DNA of 62,044 bases, filler included, from 3 parts of 3 records of this genome joined end to end with filler, not necessarily neighbours in it; one strand, 5' to 3'; shown: positions 49,940 through 60,177, counted from the first letter of the whole stretch. Notes: generated by a model not told the origin, from the sequence alone. Program-made: numbers and translations.

Positions 49940-50092
49940 TTACCCGTAAATCATTCTGTCAACAACGTAAGCGGCGGCGGCCATGGTGGCAACCACCCCG
50001 AACAGGAACAGCAAGAACAACAGGGCGGGCTTGATCGTTTTGGGAAGCGCTTCGGTTTCGCGTGAAGCGCGGGGTTCCTGCGTTTTACTCAT
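49940..50092 (-). CDS. 50 aa single-TM protein (below ORF-track cutoff)
   Basis: GGGAG RBS; MSKTQEPRASRETEALPKTIKPALLFLLFLFGVVATMAAAAYVVDRMIYG; stop 5 bp before the PilZ start. Confidence 0.65.
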   Translation of the reverse strand: MSKTQEPRASRETEALPKTIKPALLFLLFLFGVVATMAAAAYVVDRMIYG

Positions 50093-50217
50093 CAGTTATC
50101 TCCCTGACATATCCGCATACTTTACAGTATCAGTTATTCCGGGACGATAGGAAACTGGGGCCTTGCAGGGCTGGTAACTTGAGCCCTGCAAGGGTTTTTG
50201 GCAGTTTGCGACGCTGA

Positions 50218-50419
50218 TCACCCTGTGACGTCTATTTTCTGAAATAGCCAGTGATGCAGGCTGTCAGAGAGCAGCGGCACAAAGGCAACCAGCAACAGGG
50301 CCGTGAGCATGATGGCAATGGGCAACAGGTATTTTTCGTAGCGCCGGTAGAAAGAGCCATTGATGACTTTGGCGCTTTCCTCCTCGTCATCACCGACGAC
50401 ACTGGCGCGTCAACAGATG
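50218..50419 (-). pseudogene. Frameshifted 3' remnant of a TRAP large-permease paralogue
   Basis: HLLTRQ/(+1)/VVGDDEEESAKVINGSFYRRYEKYLLPIAIMLTALLLVAFVPLLSDSLHHWLFQKI aligns with the C-terminus of 50615-52945. Confidence 0.87.
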
Positions 50420-50570
50420 ACGGCAAAGATTGATGGTCGCGTCCACCGGGATGACCGGCAAAGGGAGATATGACCGCTTGGCACGCTGGCATAGGTATGG
50501 AAAGGCCGTGCCGGATGGTGCCGGAAGGGAGTGCGAAGATGTGAGGGGGCAACGTTGCTGACCTCAAAAC

Positions 50571-50600
50571 GCAAAAAGGGCCCGAATGGGCCCTTTTTGC
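50571..50600 (-). terminator. Intrinsic terminator after the TRAP permease
   Basis: GCAAAAAGGGCCC-GAAT-GGGCCCTTTTTGC perfect hairpin. Confidence 0.88.
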
Positions 50601-50614
50601 TGTGTCGGTTAGCG

Positions 50615-52945
50615 TTAGTGAACGCCGACCTGGATCTTCTGGAACAGGAACTCGTGGAGCGAGTCCGACATCAGCGGTACGTAAGAGACCAGCAGCAGCG
50701 CAGTCAGCATCACCGCGATCGGCAGCAGGAACTTCTCGTAGCGGCGGTAGAAGCTGCCACCCGGTACCTTGGCGGATTCCACTTCCTCGTCCCCGACCAC
50801 TTGCCTTGTCAGCAGGTGGTTCAGTGCCACAGGGGGCGACAGATAACCCAGCTCAAAGGCCACCAGGGTGATCATCCAGAAGTGTAATGGCGCAATACCA
50901 TTGTCAAAGGCAATTTGGGCAATGGTTGCGTTGACCAGAATCACCGCCCCGTAGGGGTCCATGATCATGCCGATAATCACCATGGTGACGACCAGAAGGG
51001 TCATGGCCAGCCAGATGCTCGGGAACGTCTCAGGCAGCATTTCCATGACGCCGGAACGCTCGATAATACCGCCGACACTGACCGACAGGGCCATCAGCAT
51101 CAGCAGAGCGCCAATATGGCCGGTAGTCTCGTTGGTCGCAAAGCGCAATGAGCTTTCCATCTTGTCGCCCACGCCAGGCTCTGGCTGATAATGCGGATCC
51201 ATATCCGGGGTTTTCACCAGATAATGAGTCACCAGGCAGGCGCCAAGGATGACATTACGCCAGAACAGTCCCCAGAACAGGCCTTCCAGTTGCTCTGCAG
51301 AGGTGCCGGTGGGAATGGCGCCGCTGTTCAGTGCTTCATTGATAATCCACAGGTTATAGCAGGAGTGGATCAGCAGTGGTACCAGGACCACGGTGAACAC
51401 GTGCAGGGATTTCTGGCTCAGTTTTTCGTACGCCAGGATAGACAGCAGCATCACTGGCAGAATAATCGGTGCATAGTTTTCGTTCAGTTCCGTATCCAGC
51501 AGATCGCGGAAGAGTACGACAACCGTCCCCATGATGATCACATAGGGCAGCAGCGGGATCAGTCGTTTCAGGCTCTGGGGAACTGCTTCCGAGAACGGCG
51601 CAATACGTGCCGGGGCGGTACGGGCAAACTGGCTGTAAATGAAGAACAAGAGCAGCGACAGACCGAAGATTTTCAGGCCGGAAGTGAAGAGTTCATCGGT
51701 GGTTACACTGTTGTTCAGAGCCGCGATGATAACCACCAGCAAACAGGGGCGAAGAACCACACCCATTGAGCCGGACATGGCCGTGGCTGCCAATGCAAGT
51801 TGCTTGCGAGCGCCGGCACGAACCAGTTCGTTATAAATGGTGGCACCCGCAGCGATAACGAAGATACCGGAGGCGCCGGTGTAGGCTGTGGGCACAGCGG
51901 CAACCGCCAGAACAACGAAACACATCAGCTCTGGTGACATTTTCCAGGGGCGAAGCACGTCGAACACCAGGTGCGCCATCTTGGTCTGGCGCAGCAGCAT
52001 ACCAATCCAGATATACAGCGCCAGGCTCAGGAACAGTGTAGACAACTCCATCATCATGCCGAGATAGACGCTAATGCCGTGGTAGTAACCCTGGCTGATG
52101 AACTGTGCACCGGCGGTAAGACACATGAAGCTGTACAGCGGAATGGTCAACATCGCCTTGCCCCAGGTGCCGCCTTCCTCAAGGTCTTTGGGTGGGCGAA
52201 TCAGCTGGTAGAGAGCGGCCAGAGACAGCAGCAGGAAGCCTGCGATCCAGAACTGGTGCAGATAGAAATGGTTAACCTGAACCCCGTCGGCCATGGCGCT
52301 GACTTCTTCGCCACGGTATAGCCAGGCTGACATGAGTAGCATGACATTGGCGGCCAGCTGCCCCACGCTGGAAACAAAGTGATCTTTTCGCGTGTGTGCC
52401 GGGCGCAGTGAAATATGATGGCGACTCAAGGTGGCGGTCGCGGCACAGATCATCACCAGCAGGCAAAGCAGCAGGCGTTTGTAGTTACCCAGGGTGGTAA
52501 CAACTTTGGCAACGCCGCCTTCCAGGGTTCGGAAGGCAATCACACCGGGGGTGGCCTTCTCCTGAATAAGCTCGTAACGCTCCCACTTGCCTCGACAGTT
52601 CGCCCTGGAAGATTCCAGCGACTTGCGCAGCGCAGTTTCGTCGACGTCTGTGCCGAAGATGCCAGCGAGCGGGTCGTCAGCCATTTGCTGCTTTTTCTGC
52701 TTGATGGCTTTTTCCAGCTCCTGGTTCAGGTCTGGGTCACGGTTACAGGTGGGTTGTTCCACCATGCCCGCGCCACGCAGCAGGAAATAGCCTTCCCAGG
52801 TATTTTCGCCGATTTTCAGTAGCTGAGAGTGAATGACTTCGCCGGAAGCCAGAAAAATAGTCAGCAGAAGAAGAATCAGGGTGGGAAGGGAGGATAACCA
52901 TTCCGCCACGGAACGGTTTGCAACAGTCAGAGAAGGTTTATCCAT
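50615..52945 (-). CDS. TRAP transporter large/fused permease (DctM-like)
   Basis: Many TMs; GASGIFV, SGSMGVVLRP, GMIMDP, ELGYLSPPVALN. Confidence 0.88.
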   Translation of the reverse strand: MDKPSLTVANRSVAEWLSSLPTLILLLLTIFLASGEVIHSQLLKIGENTWEGYFLLRGAGMVEQPTCNRDPDLNQELEKAIKQKKQQMADDPLAGIFGTDVDETALRKSLESSRANCRGKWERYELIQEKATPGVIAFRTLEGGVAKVVTTLGNYKRLLLCLLVMICAATATLSRHHISLRPAHTRKDHFVSSVGQLAANVMLLMSAWLYRGEEVSAMADGVQVNHFYLHQFWIAGFLLLSLAALYQLIRPPKDLEEGGTWGKAMLTIPLYSFMCLTAGAQFISQGYYHGISVYLGMMMELSTLFLSLALYIWIGMLLRQTKMAHLVFDVLRPWKMSPELMCFVVLAVAAVPTAYTGASGIFVIAAGATIYNELVRAGARKQLALAATAMSGSMGVVLRPCLLVVIIAALNNSVTTDELFTSGLKIFGLSLLLFFIYSQFARTAPARIAPFSEAVPQSLKRLIPLLPYVIIMGTVVVLFRDLLDTELNENYAPIILPVMLLSILAYEKLSQKSLHVFTVVLVPLLIHSCYNLWIINEALNSGAIPTGTSAEQLEGLFWGLFWRNVILGACLVTHYLVKTPDMDPHYQPEPGVGDKMESSLRFATNETTGHIGALLMLMALSVSVGGIIERSGVMEMLPETFPSIWLAMTLLVVTMVIIGMIMDPYGAVILVNATIAQIAFDNGIAPLHFWMITLVAFELGYLSPPVALNHLLTRQVVGDEEVESAKVPGGSFYRRYEKFLLPIAVMLTALLLVSYVPLMSDSLHEFLFQKIQVGVH

Positions 52946-53097
52946 TGTGCACCCGGTTATTGTTATACCGCCGAGAAAACTGAAGAGGTGAGGGCATCAG
53001 AGAGTTCAGCGCCTTATCCTCCGCATTGTGTAGCGGTGTAAACGTTTCGTTTACCTGTTGCCCGAAGAGCGGGTAACAGAAACTCTTGTCGTTAGGG

Positions 53098-53122
53098 AAA
53101 AACGGGGCCAGCAGGCCCCGTT
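53098..53122 (-). terminator. Hairpin/terminator between SBP and permease
   Basis: AACGGGGCC-N4-GGCCCCGTT with T-run on the minus strand. Confidence 0.7.
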
Positions 53123-53140
53123 GGATCGTATATAACTGTT

Positions 53141-54157
53141 TTACTCGACAGGATTGACACATTCTGCGCGGGACGCTTCGTGCTTGCAGCGTACCTTGCG
53201 CAACAGGGACATCATGTCTTTGCTGTATGTGCCGTCTTTGGTGAGGGCGATGCGCGCTTCGCGAAGCATTTCGTCATAGCGCAGCTTGTCGGCTTCGGGA
53301 ATGCGAATCCACCATTTCTTGTTCACTTCGCTGTTGGCGTTTTCGATCACGCGCATGGCGCGGTCAAACTGACCCAGCATGTATTTACGCGATTGTGCTG
53401 CGAAGTCGGCGGGGAATTTGTCTTTCTTCAGGATGACCTGGGCGGTCAACTGACCGAGGACATAATCAATGATGCCACCATCAGGTTGCATGCCTTTATA
53501 CAGTTCCAGAGCGGAATAGGCCGCAATCGGGGCAAAACAAATATCCACGGAGCCGTTATTGAAACGTCCGGAGAAGTTGGTGATGTCCGACATTACCGGA
53601 GACATGCCCACGCGGGATGCCATGTTGGCCTGGGCTGTATCGTATTCGAGTACCGCAATGGATTTGCCGGACAGTTCGCCAACAGTATCGATGGTGCGAT
53701 CTTTCACGAACAGGTAGGCCGCGCCCATGGGGGCAACGCCACCTACTTCGTAGGGGCCGGAAACCAGTTTTTCATTGATGGCCGGGTTGCCGCTGGCGAG
53801 CACGGTGATAACAGTGCGCATGGCGTCATAGCTGGGGATCGCGCCGATGGAGTCCATGCTGCCAGTGTAATTGTTGAACTGACGACCACGGATCCCTGTG
53901 AGGACGGCGGCATCACACTGGCCGGCTTTCAGGTCTTCGGAGGCAATTTTTTCATCAGTGTAGGGCTTGAGTTCAAGATCCACACCCCAATCCAGGGCGG
54001 CGGTCTTGTAGTCCTTCATGATGTTATAGATATCGCCGTTGGCACCGATAATATCGAATACGCACATGGTGCGTTTCTCGGCAGCCTGGGCGGCGGGGGT
54101 GAACGTCAATGCCAGAGCGGCAGTGGCGGCTGCAGTTAACGCTTTAACGTAGCGCAT
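53141..54157 (-). CDS. DctP-fold/AdeT-like TRAP solute-binding protein
   Basis: Signal peptide; directly upstream of the DctM-like gene; paralogue of 33683-34675. Confidence 0.83.
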   Translation of the reverse strand: MRYVKALTAAATAALALTFTPAAQAAEKRTMCVFDIIGANGDIYNIMKDYKTAALDWGVDLELKPYTDEKIASEDLKAGQCDAAVLTGIRGRQFNNYTGSMDSIGAIPSYDAMRTVITVLASGNPAINEKLVSGPYEVGGVAPMGAAYLFVKDRTIDTVGELSGKSIAVLEYDTAQANMASRVGMSPVMSDITNFSGRFNNGSVDICFAPIAAYSALELYKGMQPDGGIIDYVLGQLTAQVILKKDKFPADFAAQSRKYMLGQFDRAMRVIENANSEVNKKWWIRIPEADKLRYDEMLREARIALTKDGTYSKDMMSLLRKVRCKHEASRAECVNPVE

Positions 54158-54217
54158 AATTGTCTCCTGGTTACTTCTTACAACTTATTCAAAAGCGGCC
54201 CGAAGGCCGCAACAGGC

Positions 54218-55246
54218 TTATAGCAAATCGTCAATATTAACGGAGGGGCCGGATTGGGCTTGGTCATTCCAGAAGGTGCCAATGCCACCGATGGGGGTAC
54301 GTTTACCTGTATTTTCAGTCCACTCGCGATCTGAGATGCCCTGAACGATGAAGCCGGCAATGGCATCCAGCATGGCGTAATCCGGGTTCAGGTTCTGGTC
54401 GTTGGCGGCGTAGTCGCGGATGGCCTTGCGCAGACGCTCATCATTGCCTTTGCTGAACGCGCTCATGGCGTAGAGGGCGCTACCCAGACGGATACCGCTG
54501 TCGAAACCGGCCTTGGCTGAGGCTTCCAGTTCGGCCCATGCGTCGGCGTTTGGCGGAGCCAGCATCGGCAGCAGGTTCCAGACTGCAGCACGGGTGCCGC
54601 GGGGCACGCCCCACCACTTGTCGTTCTCCAGGCACTTCATGTTGCGCTCGACCTTGGCGGCGAGATCGCGGGGAACGCCTACTGCACCATCGGATGCACC
54701 ATCATTGAGCAGGGCTTGAACGCCGGAGATGTTGCCGACCATCCATACCAGCTCGTCGAAGTCGGTTTTCAGTTTCGGGCATTCGCCGTCTTTCATATCG
54801 CCGTAGGCTTCAACCATGTAGTTGTAAGCCTTGTACTGGCGATCAGCGGCAACAGCGGACCAGCGTTTCTGCTCGATGCGGGCATCCTGAGCCTCGCTTA
54901 CCCGCCCATCTTTCACTGAGCGCATGTAGCGCAATTCAGAGTCGAGGGCGATTTGTTCGGCACAGGTGGCGGCGACGGTGAATACCATGGCGCCAAGCTT
55001 GCTGGGGTCAGAGCCAACTCGCTCGAAAGACATCAGTAGCGGGGTTTGGGCTTCACCGGTGACACACGCCATGCGTACGTCGTTGTAGGTCATCATGTAG
55101 GGCAGCATTTCGGATCGACCGAAGCTGATGAGGACATCGCCGGTGGTTTTGTAGATGACGCCACAGCCTTGCAGAGCCAGGATGGCGCCCCCTACCAAGG
55201 CCAGACCGGAATGTCGTAGCATTTTTTTCATGGAAAGAGAACCCAT
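54218..55246 (-). CDS. Helical lipoprotein, probable TatT-like component of a TPAT system
   Basis: AAGGAG RBS, lipobox LQGC, first gene in a T-P-QM order. Confidence 0.62.
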   Translation of the reverse strand: MGSLSMKKMLRHSGLALVGGAILALQGCGVIYKTTGDVLISFGRSEMLPYMMTYNDVRMACVTGEAQTPLLMSFERVGSDPSKLGAMVFTVAATCAEQIALDSELRYMRSVKDGRVSEAQDARIEQKRWSAVAADRQYKAYNYMVEAYGDMKDGECPKLKTDFDELVWMVGNISGVQALLNDGASDGAVGVPRDLAAKVERNMKCLENDKWWGVPRGTRAAVWNLLPMLAPPNADAWAELEASAKAGFDSGIRLGSALYAMSAFSKGNDERLRKAIRDYAANDQNLNPDYAMLDAIAGFIVQGISDREWTENTGKRTPIGGIGTFWNDQAQSGPSVNIDDLL

Positions 55247-55420
55247 TCGTTAGCTCCTTGTTATTGTTCTCACATAGCGCGGTCAAAGGTACGAAAGTCC
55301 GCCAATTGGCACAAGCGGCAATTACAAAAAAGCCTGCAAACAATTACAAACAATAAATTTGCTATATCATGGATTGTGTTCATCAACCCATGGAATCTAC
55401 AGGGAAAATACGATTTTATT

Positions 55421-56782
55421 ATGAGTGACCACAGTGGCGTTAAAGACATGCGGGCCTGGCTGGCGGGCGAACGGAGTGGCCTTTCCCTGGCATTGAATAC
55501 CGCCCGGGGTGGGCTGCGTATTCTCGAAACGCTCGGCGTCCTGGGTCGCCAGGGACTCGGTTGGGCTCTGGGGGATCGCCCGCCAGTGCCGGCTTTGCTG
55601 CGCACGACCTTCGAATCCCTGGGGACCACTTACATCAAGCTAGGGCAGTTTATTGCCAGCTCTCCATCGATTTTCCCTGAAGAGTATGTAGAAGAGTTCC
55701 AGCGCTGCCTGGACCGTACGCCCCCCCTACCTTTTCATTACATTCGCGAAACCATTGAATCCGAGCTGGGCGCCAGCCTTGAATCGCTCTATCAATTTGT
55801 GGATCCCAAACCATTGGCCAGTGCGTCAATTGCACAGGTTCATGCAGCAAAGATGAAGAACGGCCAGGACGTGGTTATCAAGGTTCAGCGTCCGGGTGTG
55901 AAGAATGTACTGCTCACAGATTTCAATTTTCTTTATTTCGCCGCGCGGATTACCGAGCAATTGGCGCCGGGTTTGTCCCGGTCGGCCATTTCCGGGGTCA
56001 TTGAAGAATTGCAGGCCGGCATGCTGGAAGAGTGTGATTTCATCAAGGAAGCGAACAACCTGAAGGCGTTCAACGTGTTTTTGCGCGACACCGGGAATAC
56101 CCAGGCGGTGGCGCCGGAGCCGATCATGTCGCACACCACAGGCAAGGTGTTGACCATGGAGCGTTTCTTCGGCGTGCCGCTGACGGATATGAATGTACTT
56201 AAAAAGTATACCGACGATCCGGCAGGCACCTTGATCTCCGCCCTTAATACCTGGTTCTCCAGTCTTATGTTGTGTGACTTCTTCCATGCAGATGTGCATG
56301 CCGGAAACCTGATGTTGCTGGAAGATGGCCGGGTAGGGTTTATCGATTTTGGTATCGTCGGGCGGATACGCCGTGAAGCCTGGGATGGCATGGCCACCTT
56401 TTTTGACGCCATTGGTCGCGGTGATGTGCGCCAGATGGCAGAAGCCATGGCCGTGATTGGCATGACCCGTGAAGAGGTGGATGTCGAGGCGCTGGCCCGG
56501 GACATTGAGGGGCTGCAAGGCTCGCTGGGTCAGGTGGACCCGTCTTCACTGGTGCAGGCGGACCGCAACGACAAGGAGGTGAATCGTCTGCTGATGGATA
56601 TCGTCAAAATTGGTGAGAGCCACGGTATCCGTTTCCCGCGAGAGTTTGCCTTGTTGCTGAAACAGTTCCTCTATTTCGACCGTTATGTGCAGGTGCTGGC
56701 ACCGGAAATGGATATGTTCAGTGATAACCGTGTAGACATGTTCGGTGCCGTTGACGAAATGCCGGGTGGTTTTCTGCACTAA
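55421..56782 (+). CDS. ABC1/AarF/UbiB-family atypical kinase
   Basis: YIKLGQ, ASASIAQVH, VIKVQRPG, FFHADVHAGN, IDFG. Confidence 0.93.
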   Translation: MSDHSGVKDMRAWLAGERSGLSLALNTARGGLRILETLGVLGRQGLGWALGDRPPVPALLRTTFESLGTTYIKLGQFIASSPSIFPEEYVEEFQRCLDRTPPLPFHYIRETIESELGASLESLYQFVDPKPLASASIAQVHAAKMKNGQDVVIKVQRPGVKNVLLTDFNFLYFAARITEQLAPGLSRSAISGVIEELQAGMLEECDFIKEANNLKAFNVFLRDTGNTQAVAPEPIMSHTTGKVLTMERFFGVPLTDMNVLKKYTDDPAGTLISALNTWFSSLMLCDFFHADVHAGNLMLLEDGRVGFIDFGIVGRIRREAWDGMATFFDAIGRGDVRQMAEAMAVIGMTREEVDVEALARDIEGLQGSLGQVDPSSLVQADRNDKEVNRLLMDIVKIGESHGIRFPREFALLLKQFLYFDRYVQVLAPEMDMFSDNRVDMFGAVDEMPGGFLH

Positions 56783-56810
56783 TAGCAGCAAGCTATGACC
56801 TATGAGCCAC

Positions 56811-56845
56811 AAAAAAAACCGTACCTTCTCGGGTACGGTTTTTTT
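56811..56845 (+). terminator. Intrinsic terminator
   Basis: AAAAAAAACCGTACC loop GGTACGGTTTTTTT. Confidence 0.88.
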
Positions 56846-56939
56846 GTTTGGGCCTTGATGCGAGTGACGAGTAACGAGTTTTGAAAATCAAGAGATGGCG
56901 TTGTCAGCCTGGTGTTACTGCTTTTTGCTCTTCGAAACT

Positions 56940-57039
56940 NNNNNNNNNNNNNNNNNNNNNNNNNNNNNNNNNNNNNNNNNNNNTTAATTAATTAANNNNN
57001 NNNNNNNNNNNNNNNNNNNNNNNNNNNNNNNNNNNNNNN
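56940..57039. other. Artificial contig spacer
   Basis: N-run + TTAATTAATTAA + N-run, same as the first spacer. Confidence 0.98.
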
Positions 57040-57040
57040 C

Positions 57041-57670
57041 ATCTGCGTCGGGGTGAACTTTCCCGACCGCAACGCCGAATACAAGGACGGTCAGAACGCG
57101 CCGCCCAACATGTCACTGTTCCCGCGTTTCGCGCGCAGTTTCACCGGCCACAACGGCACAGTGATCCGCCCGCCGGAAACCCCGCAACTGGACTACGAGG
57201 GCGAGATTGCCATCGTCATCGGCAAGGGAGGCCGTCGCATTGCCGAAGCCGACGCATACAATCACATCGCGGCCCTGACCCTGTGCAACGAGGGCACTCT
57301 GCGCGACTGGGTCCGCCACGCAAAATTCAACGTGACCCAGGGCAAGAACTGGGACAACTCGGGCGCGATGGGGCCGCATCTGGTGCCGTTCACTTCGGCG
57401 GCACAACTGGATGACGTGGAACTGACGTGTCATGTGAACGGCGAATTGCGCCAGCAGGACCGCACCAGCCGGATGCTGTTCCCGATCCGCCGCCAGATCG
57501 CCTATATCTCGACCTTCACGACATTGGTGCCCGGCGACATCATCGTCACCGGTACACCCACCGGGGCCGGTGCGCGGTTTGATCCGCCACGGTTCCTTGT
57601 GCCCGGCGACACCGTGACCGTGGCCGCCGAAGGTATCGGCACCCTGTCCTGCATGGTGGCTGACGAATGA
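57041..57670 (+). CDS. Fumarylacetoacetate hydrolase-family protein, 5'-truncated
   Basis: ICVGVNF, LDYEGEIA, GKNWD, PGDIIVTGTP. Confidence 0.9.
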   Translation: MCVGVNFPDRNAEYKDGQNAPPNMSLFPRFARSFTGHNGTVIRPPETPQLDYEGEIAIVIGKGGRRIAEADAYNHIAALTLCNEGTLRDWVRHAKFNVTQGKNWDNSGAMGPHLVPFTSAAQLDDVELTCHVNGELRQQDRTSRMLFPIRRQIAYISTFTTLVPGDIIVTGTPTGAGARFDPPRFLVPGDTVTVAAEGIGTLSCMVADE

Positions 57671-58464
57671 CCCCCGCACAGCACCAATCCGCCGCCGCCG
57701 CGTTGTTGCAGGCCGAGGCCACGGGCCAGCAGACCGGGCTGCTTTCGATTGCCTATCCCGACATCACAATGGACGACGCCTATGCGATCCAGAAACAGGT
57801 GGTCGCGGGCAAGCTGGCGCAGGGCGAGGACGTCATCGGCTGGAAGATCGGCCTGACCAGCCGCGCCATGCAACAAGCGCTGAACATCGACATTCCCGAC
57901 AGCGGCGTGCTGACCTCGTCGATGCGGTTCGACACCGGCGATACGGTGCCCGCGGGGCGGTTCATCCAGCCGCGCGTCGAGGCCGAGATTGCCTTTGTGA
58001 TGAAATCGCCCTTGGGCGGAGCGGAGGTGACCCGCGCCGATGTGCTGGCGGCAACCGACTATGTGGCGCCGTCGCTTGAAATCCTCGACACCCGCATCCT
58101 GCGCGCCGATCCGGCCACAGGGGCCGCGCGCAAGGTGTTTGACACCATCGCCGACAACGCCGCCAACGCAGGCGTGGTGCTGGGGTCGGAACGGCACGCA
58201 GCGGACAGCGATCTGCGTTGGGTCGGGGCGATTGTCACCGCGAACGGAACGGTCGAGGAAACCGGGCTGGGTGCTGGCGTGCTGAACGATCCGGTCGAAA
58301 GCGTGGTCTGGCTGGCACGGCGCATGGCGCAATACGGCCAGCAGATCGAGGCGGGTCAGGTGATCCTGTCCGGCAGCTTCATCCGGCCCATCGAGTGCCC
58401 CGCAGGCACGCGGATCGAGGCAGACTTCGGCAGCTTTGGAAGGGTTGATCTACAGTTTGGTTAG
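57667..58464 (+). CDS. hpaH: 2-oxo-hept-4-ene-1,7-dioate hydratase
   Basis: DAYAIQ, GWKIGLTSRAMQ, PRVEAEIAF, DTIADNAA, ILSGSF.RP. Confidence 0.88.
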   Translation: MTPAQHQSAAAALLQAEATGQQTGLLSIAYPDITMDDAYAIQKQVVAGKLAQGEDVIGWKIGLTSRAMQQALNIDIPDSGVLTSSMRFDTGDTVPAGRFIQPRVEAEIAFVMKSPLGGAEVTRADVLAATDYVAPSLEILDTRILRADPATGAARKVFDTIADNAANAGVVLGSERHAADSDLRWVGAIVTANGTVEETGLGAGVLNDPVESVVWLARRMAQYGQQIEAGQVILSGSFIRPIECPAGTRIEADFGSFGRVDLQFG

Positions 58465-58524
58465 GCCAGTGCAACGCGGCACGACGGCAATCTGGTACAT
58501 ATTCACCGGACTTTTGTACACGTT

Positions 58525-59406
58525 CTAAACCTGATCCAGACAGGCCGCACAGCCCGCAAGGGCGGCCGCGTCATCCGTCACGATCCACATCGGAATATCC
58601 GACAAGGTGCCCTCGAACATATCCTGCACCCGCGCCGCCGCCAGAACCTTGCCCGTCCCGGGCAATCCCACAACCGCCCGCGCCAGTCCGCCGTTGAAAT
58701 AGATGCCACCCAGCGGCATGAACTGGAACGTCATATCCCGGCACAACGCCACCAGCGCCTCCACATAGACCGCCATCGTCTCATCGGCCTGTTCCACGAT
58801 CTGCTGGCTGGGCATCTCTGCCCCGCCAAGTGCGCGGTGCAGCGCGCGCAGCCCCGCACCTGCAAACAATTGCTCGACCGTCTCGAACGCCGCCGCCTTG
58901 TCGCCCAGACGCGCCTGCAACACGCGGTAGACGCCGATAGGCAATCCGGTGTGCCCTTCTTCGGCCAGCATCACGCCACTGCCGTGGGCCACGCTGACGT
59001 TGAACCCGGTGCCCAGGCCGACGACCAGCGCCTGCCCGCCGGGGGCCGCACGGCCCGCCACCACCGGTGCCACCGCGTCCTTGGACAGATAGGGCAATGC
59101 GTGCCCCACCGCCGCCAGATCGTTGATGATCCGCACCGTGGCACCGCCCAGTGCCGCCCCCAACTGGGCCGCATCAAAGGACCAGTCGCGGTTGGTCAAA
59201 CGCACATGGCCCGGCATCACCGGTCCCGCAATCGCCACGCACAAACGATCCACTGATGCGCCCTGACAGAAATCAGCCAACACATCCGCAAAGGTCGGAT
59301 AATCGTCGTTGCGAAACCATTTGACCGAACCGTCCACCAGCACGCCACCCTGCGCATAGGCCATACGCGTGTTGGTGCCGCCCACATCTGCCACGACCGA
59401 TTGCAT
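58525..59406 (-). CDS. glk: Glucokinase
   Basis: ADVGGTNTR, AIAGPV, LTNRDW, INDL.A, GLGTGF, EEGH. Confidence 0.88.
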   Translation of the reverse strand: MQSVVADVGGTNTRMAYAQGGVLVDGSVKWFRNDDYPTFADVLADFCQGASVDRLCVAIAGPVMPGHVRLTNRDWSFDAAQLGAALGGATVRIINDLAAVGHALPYLSKDAVAPVVAGRAAPGGQALVVGLGTGFNVSVAHGSGVMLAEEGHTGLPIGVYRVLQARLGDKAAAFETVEQLFAGAGLRALHRALGGAEMPSQQIVEQADETMAVYVEALVALCRDMTFQFMPLGGIYFNGGLARAVVGLPGTGKVLAAARVQDMFEGTLSDIPMWIVTDDAAALAGCAACLDQV

Positions 59407-59409
59407 GTG

Positions 59410-60177
59410 TTACGCCGCCTTGCCGGGCTGCTTGCCCAGAATGATCATGCTCAGCAGGTCGTCGTCCGTGACATCGGCCACATTGACCGTGCCCACCAGC
59501 TTGCCGTTTTTCATCACCGACGCACGGTCGCACAGTTCCATCACGTCGTGAATGTCGTGGCTGATCAGGAAGATCCCGATGCCTTCGGCCTTCAGTTGCG
59601 TGATCAACTCGCTGACCATCTGCGTCTCGTGCGGACCCAGCGCCGCTGTGGGTTCGTCCATGATCAGGATCTGCGCGTTGAAATAAACCGCGCGCGCAAT
59701 GGCGACCGACTGGCGTTGACCACCCGACAGGGCGCTGACCGGGTCCTTGAACTTTTGAAAGTTCGGGTTCAGCCGCGCCATGATCTTGCGCGCCTCGCTT
59801 TCCATCGCGTCATCATCGACCAGCCCCAGCGGCGAGGTCAGCTCGCGCCCCAGAAACAGGTTGCTGGCGGCGTCCAGATTGTCGGCCAGTGCCAGCGTCT
59901 GATAGATCGTTTCGATGTTATAGCGCCGTGCGTCGCGCGGGCTGCGGATCTCGGCCCGTTCGCCGTTCACGTAGATCTCGCCGCTGTCCATCTTGTAGGC
60001 ACCGGAGAGGATCTTGATCAGCGTCGATTTGCCGGCACCGTTGTGGCCCAGCAGCCCCACGACCTCACCGGGGTACAGGTCGACCGATACATGGTCGACC
60101 GCGTGCACCCCGCCAAAGCTGATGCAAATGTCGCGCATGTCGATCAACGGCGTGCCAGTGTTGGTTTTACTGCTCAT
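59410..60177 (-). CDS. Sugar ABC ATP-binding protein (single domain)
   Basis: [23 protein letters not shown]. Confidence 0.92.
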   Translation of the reverse strand: MSSKTNTGTPLIDMRDICISFGGVHAVDHVSVDLYPGEVVGLLGHNGAGKSTLIKILSGAYKMDSGEIYVNGERAEIRSPRDARRYNIETIYQTLALADNLDAASNLFLGRELTSPLGLVDDDAMESEARKIMARLNPNFQKFKDPVSALSGGQRQSVAIARAVYFNAQILIMDEPTAALGPHETQMVSELITQLKAEGIGIFLISHDIHDVMELCDRASVMKNGKLVGTVNVADVTDDDLLSMIILGKQPGKAA

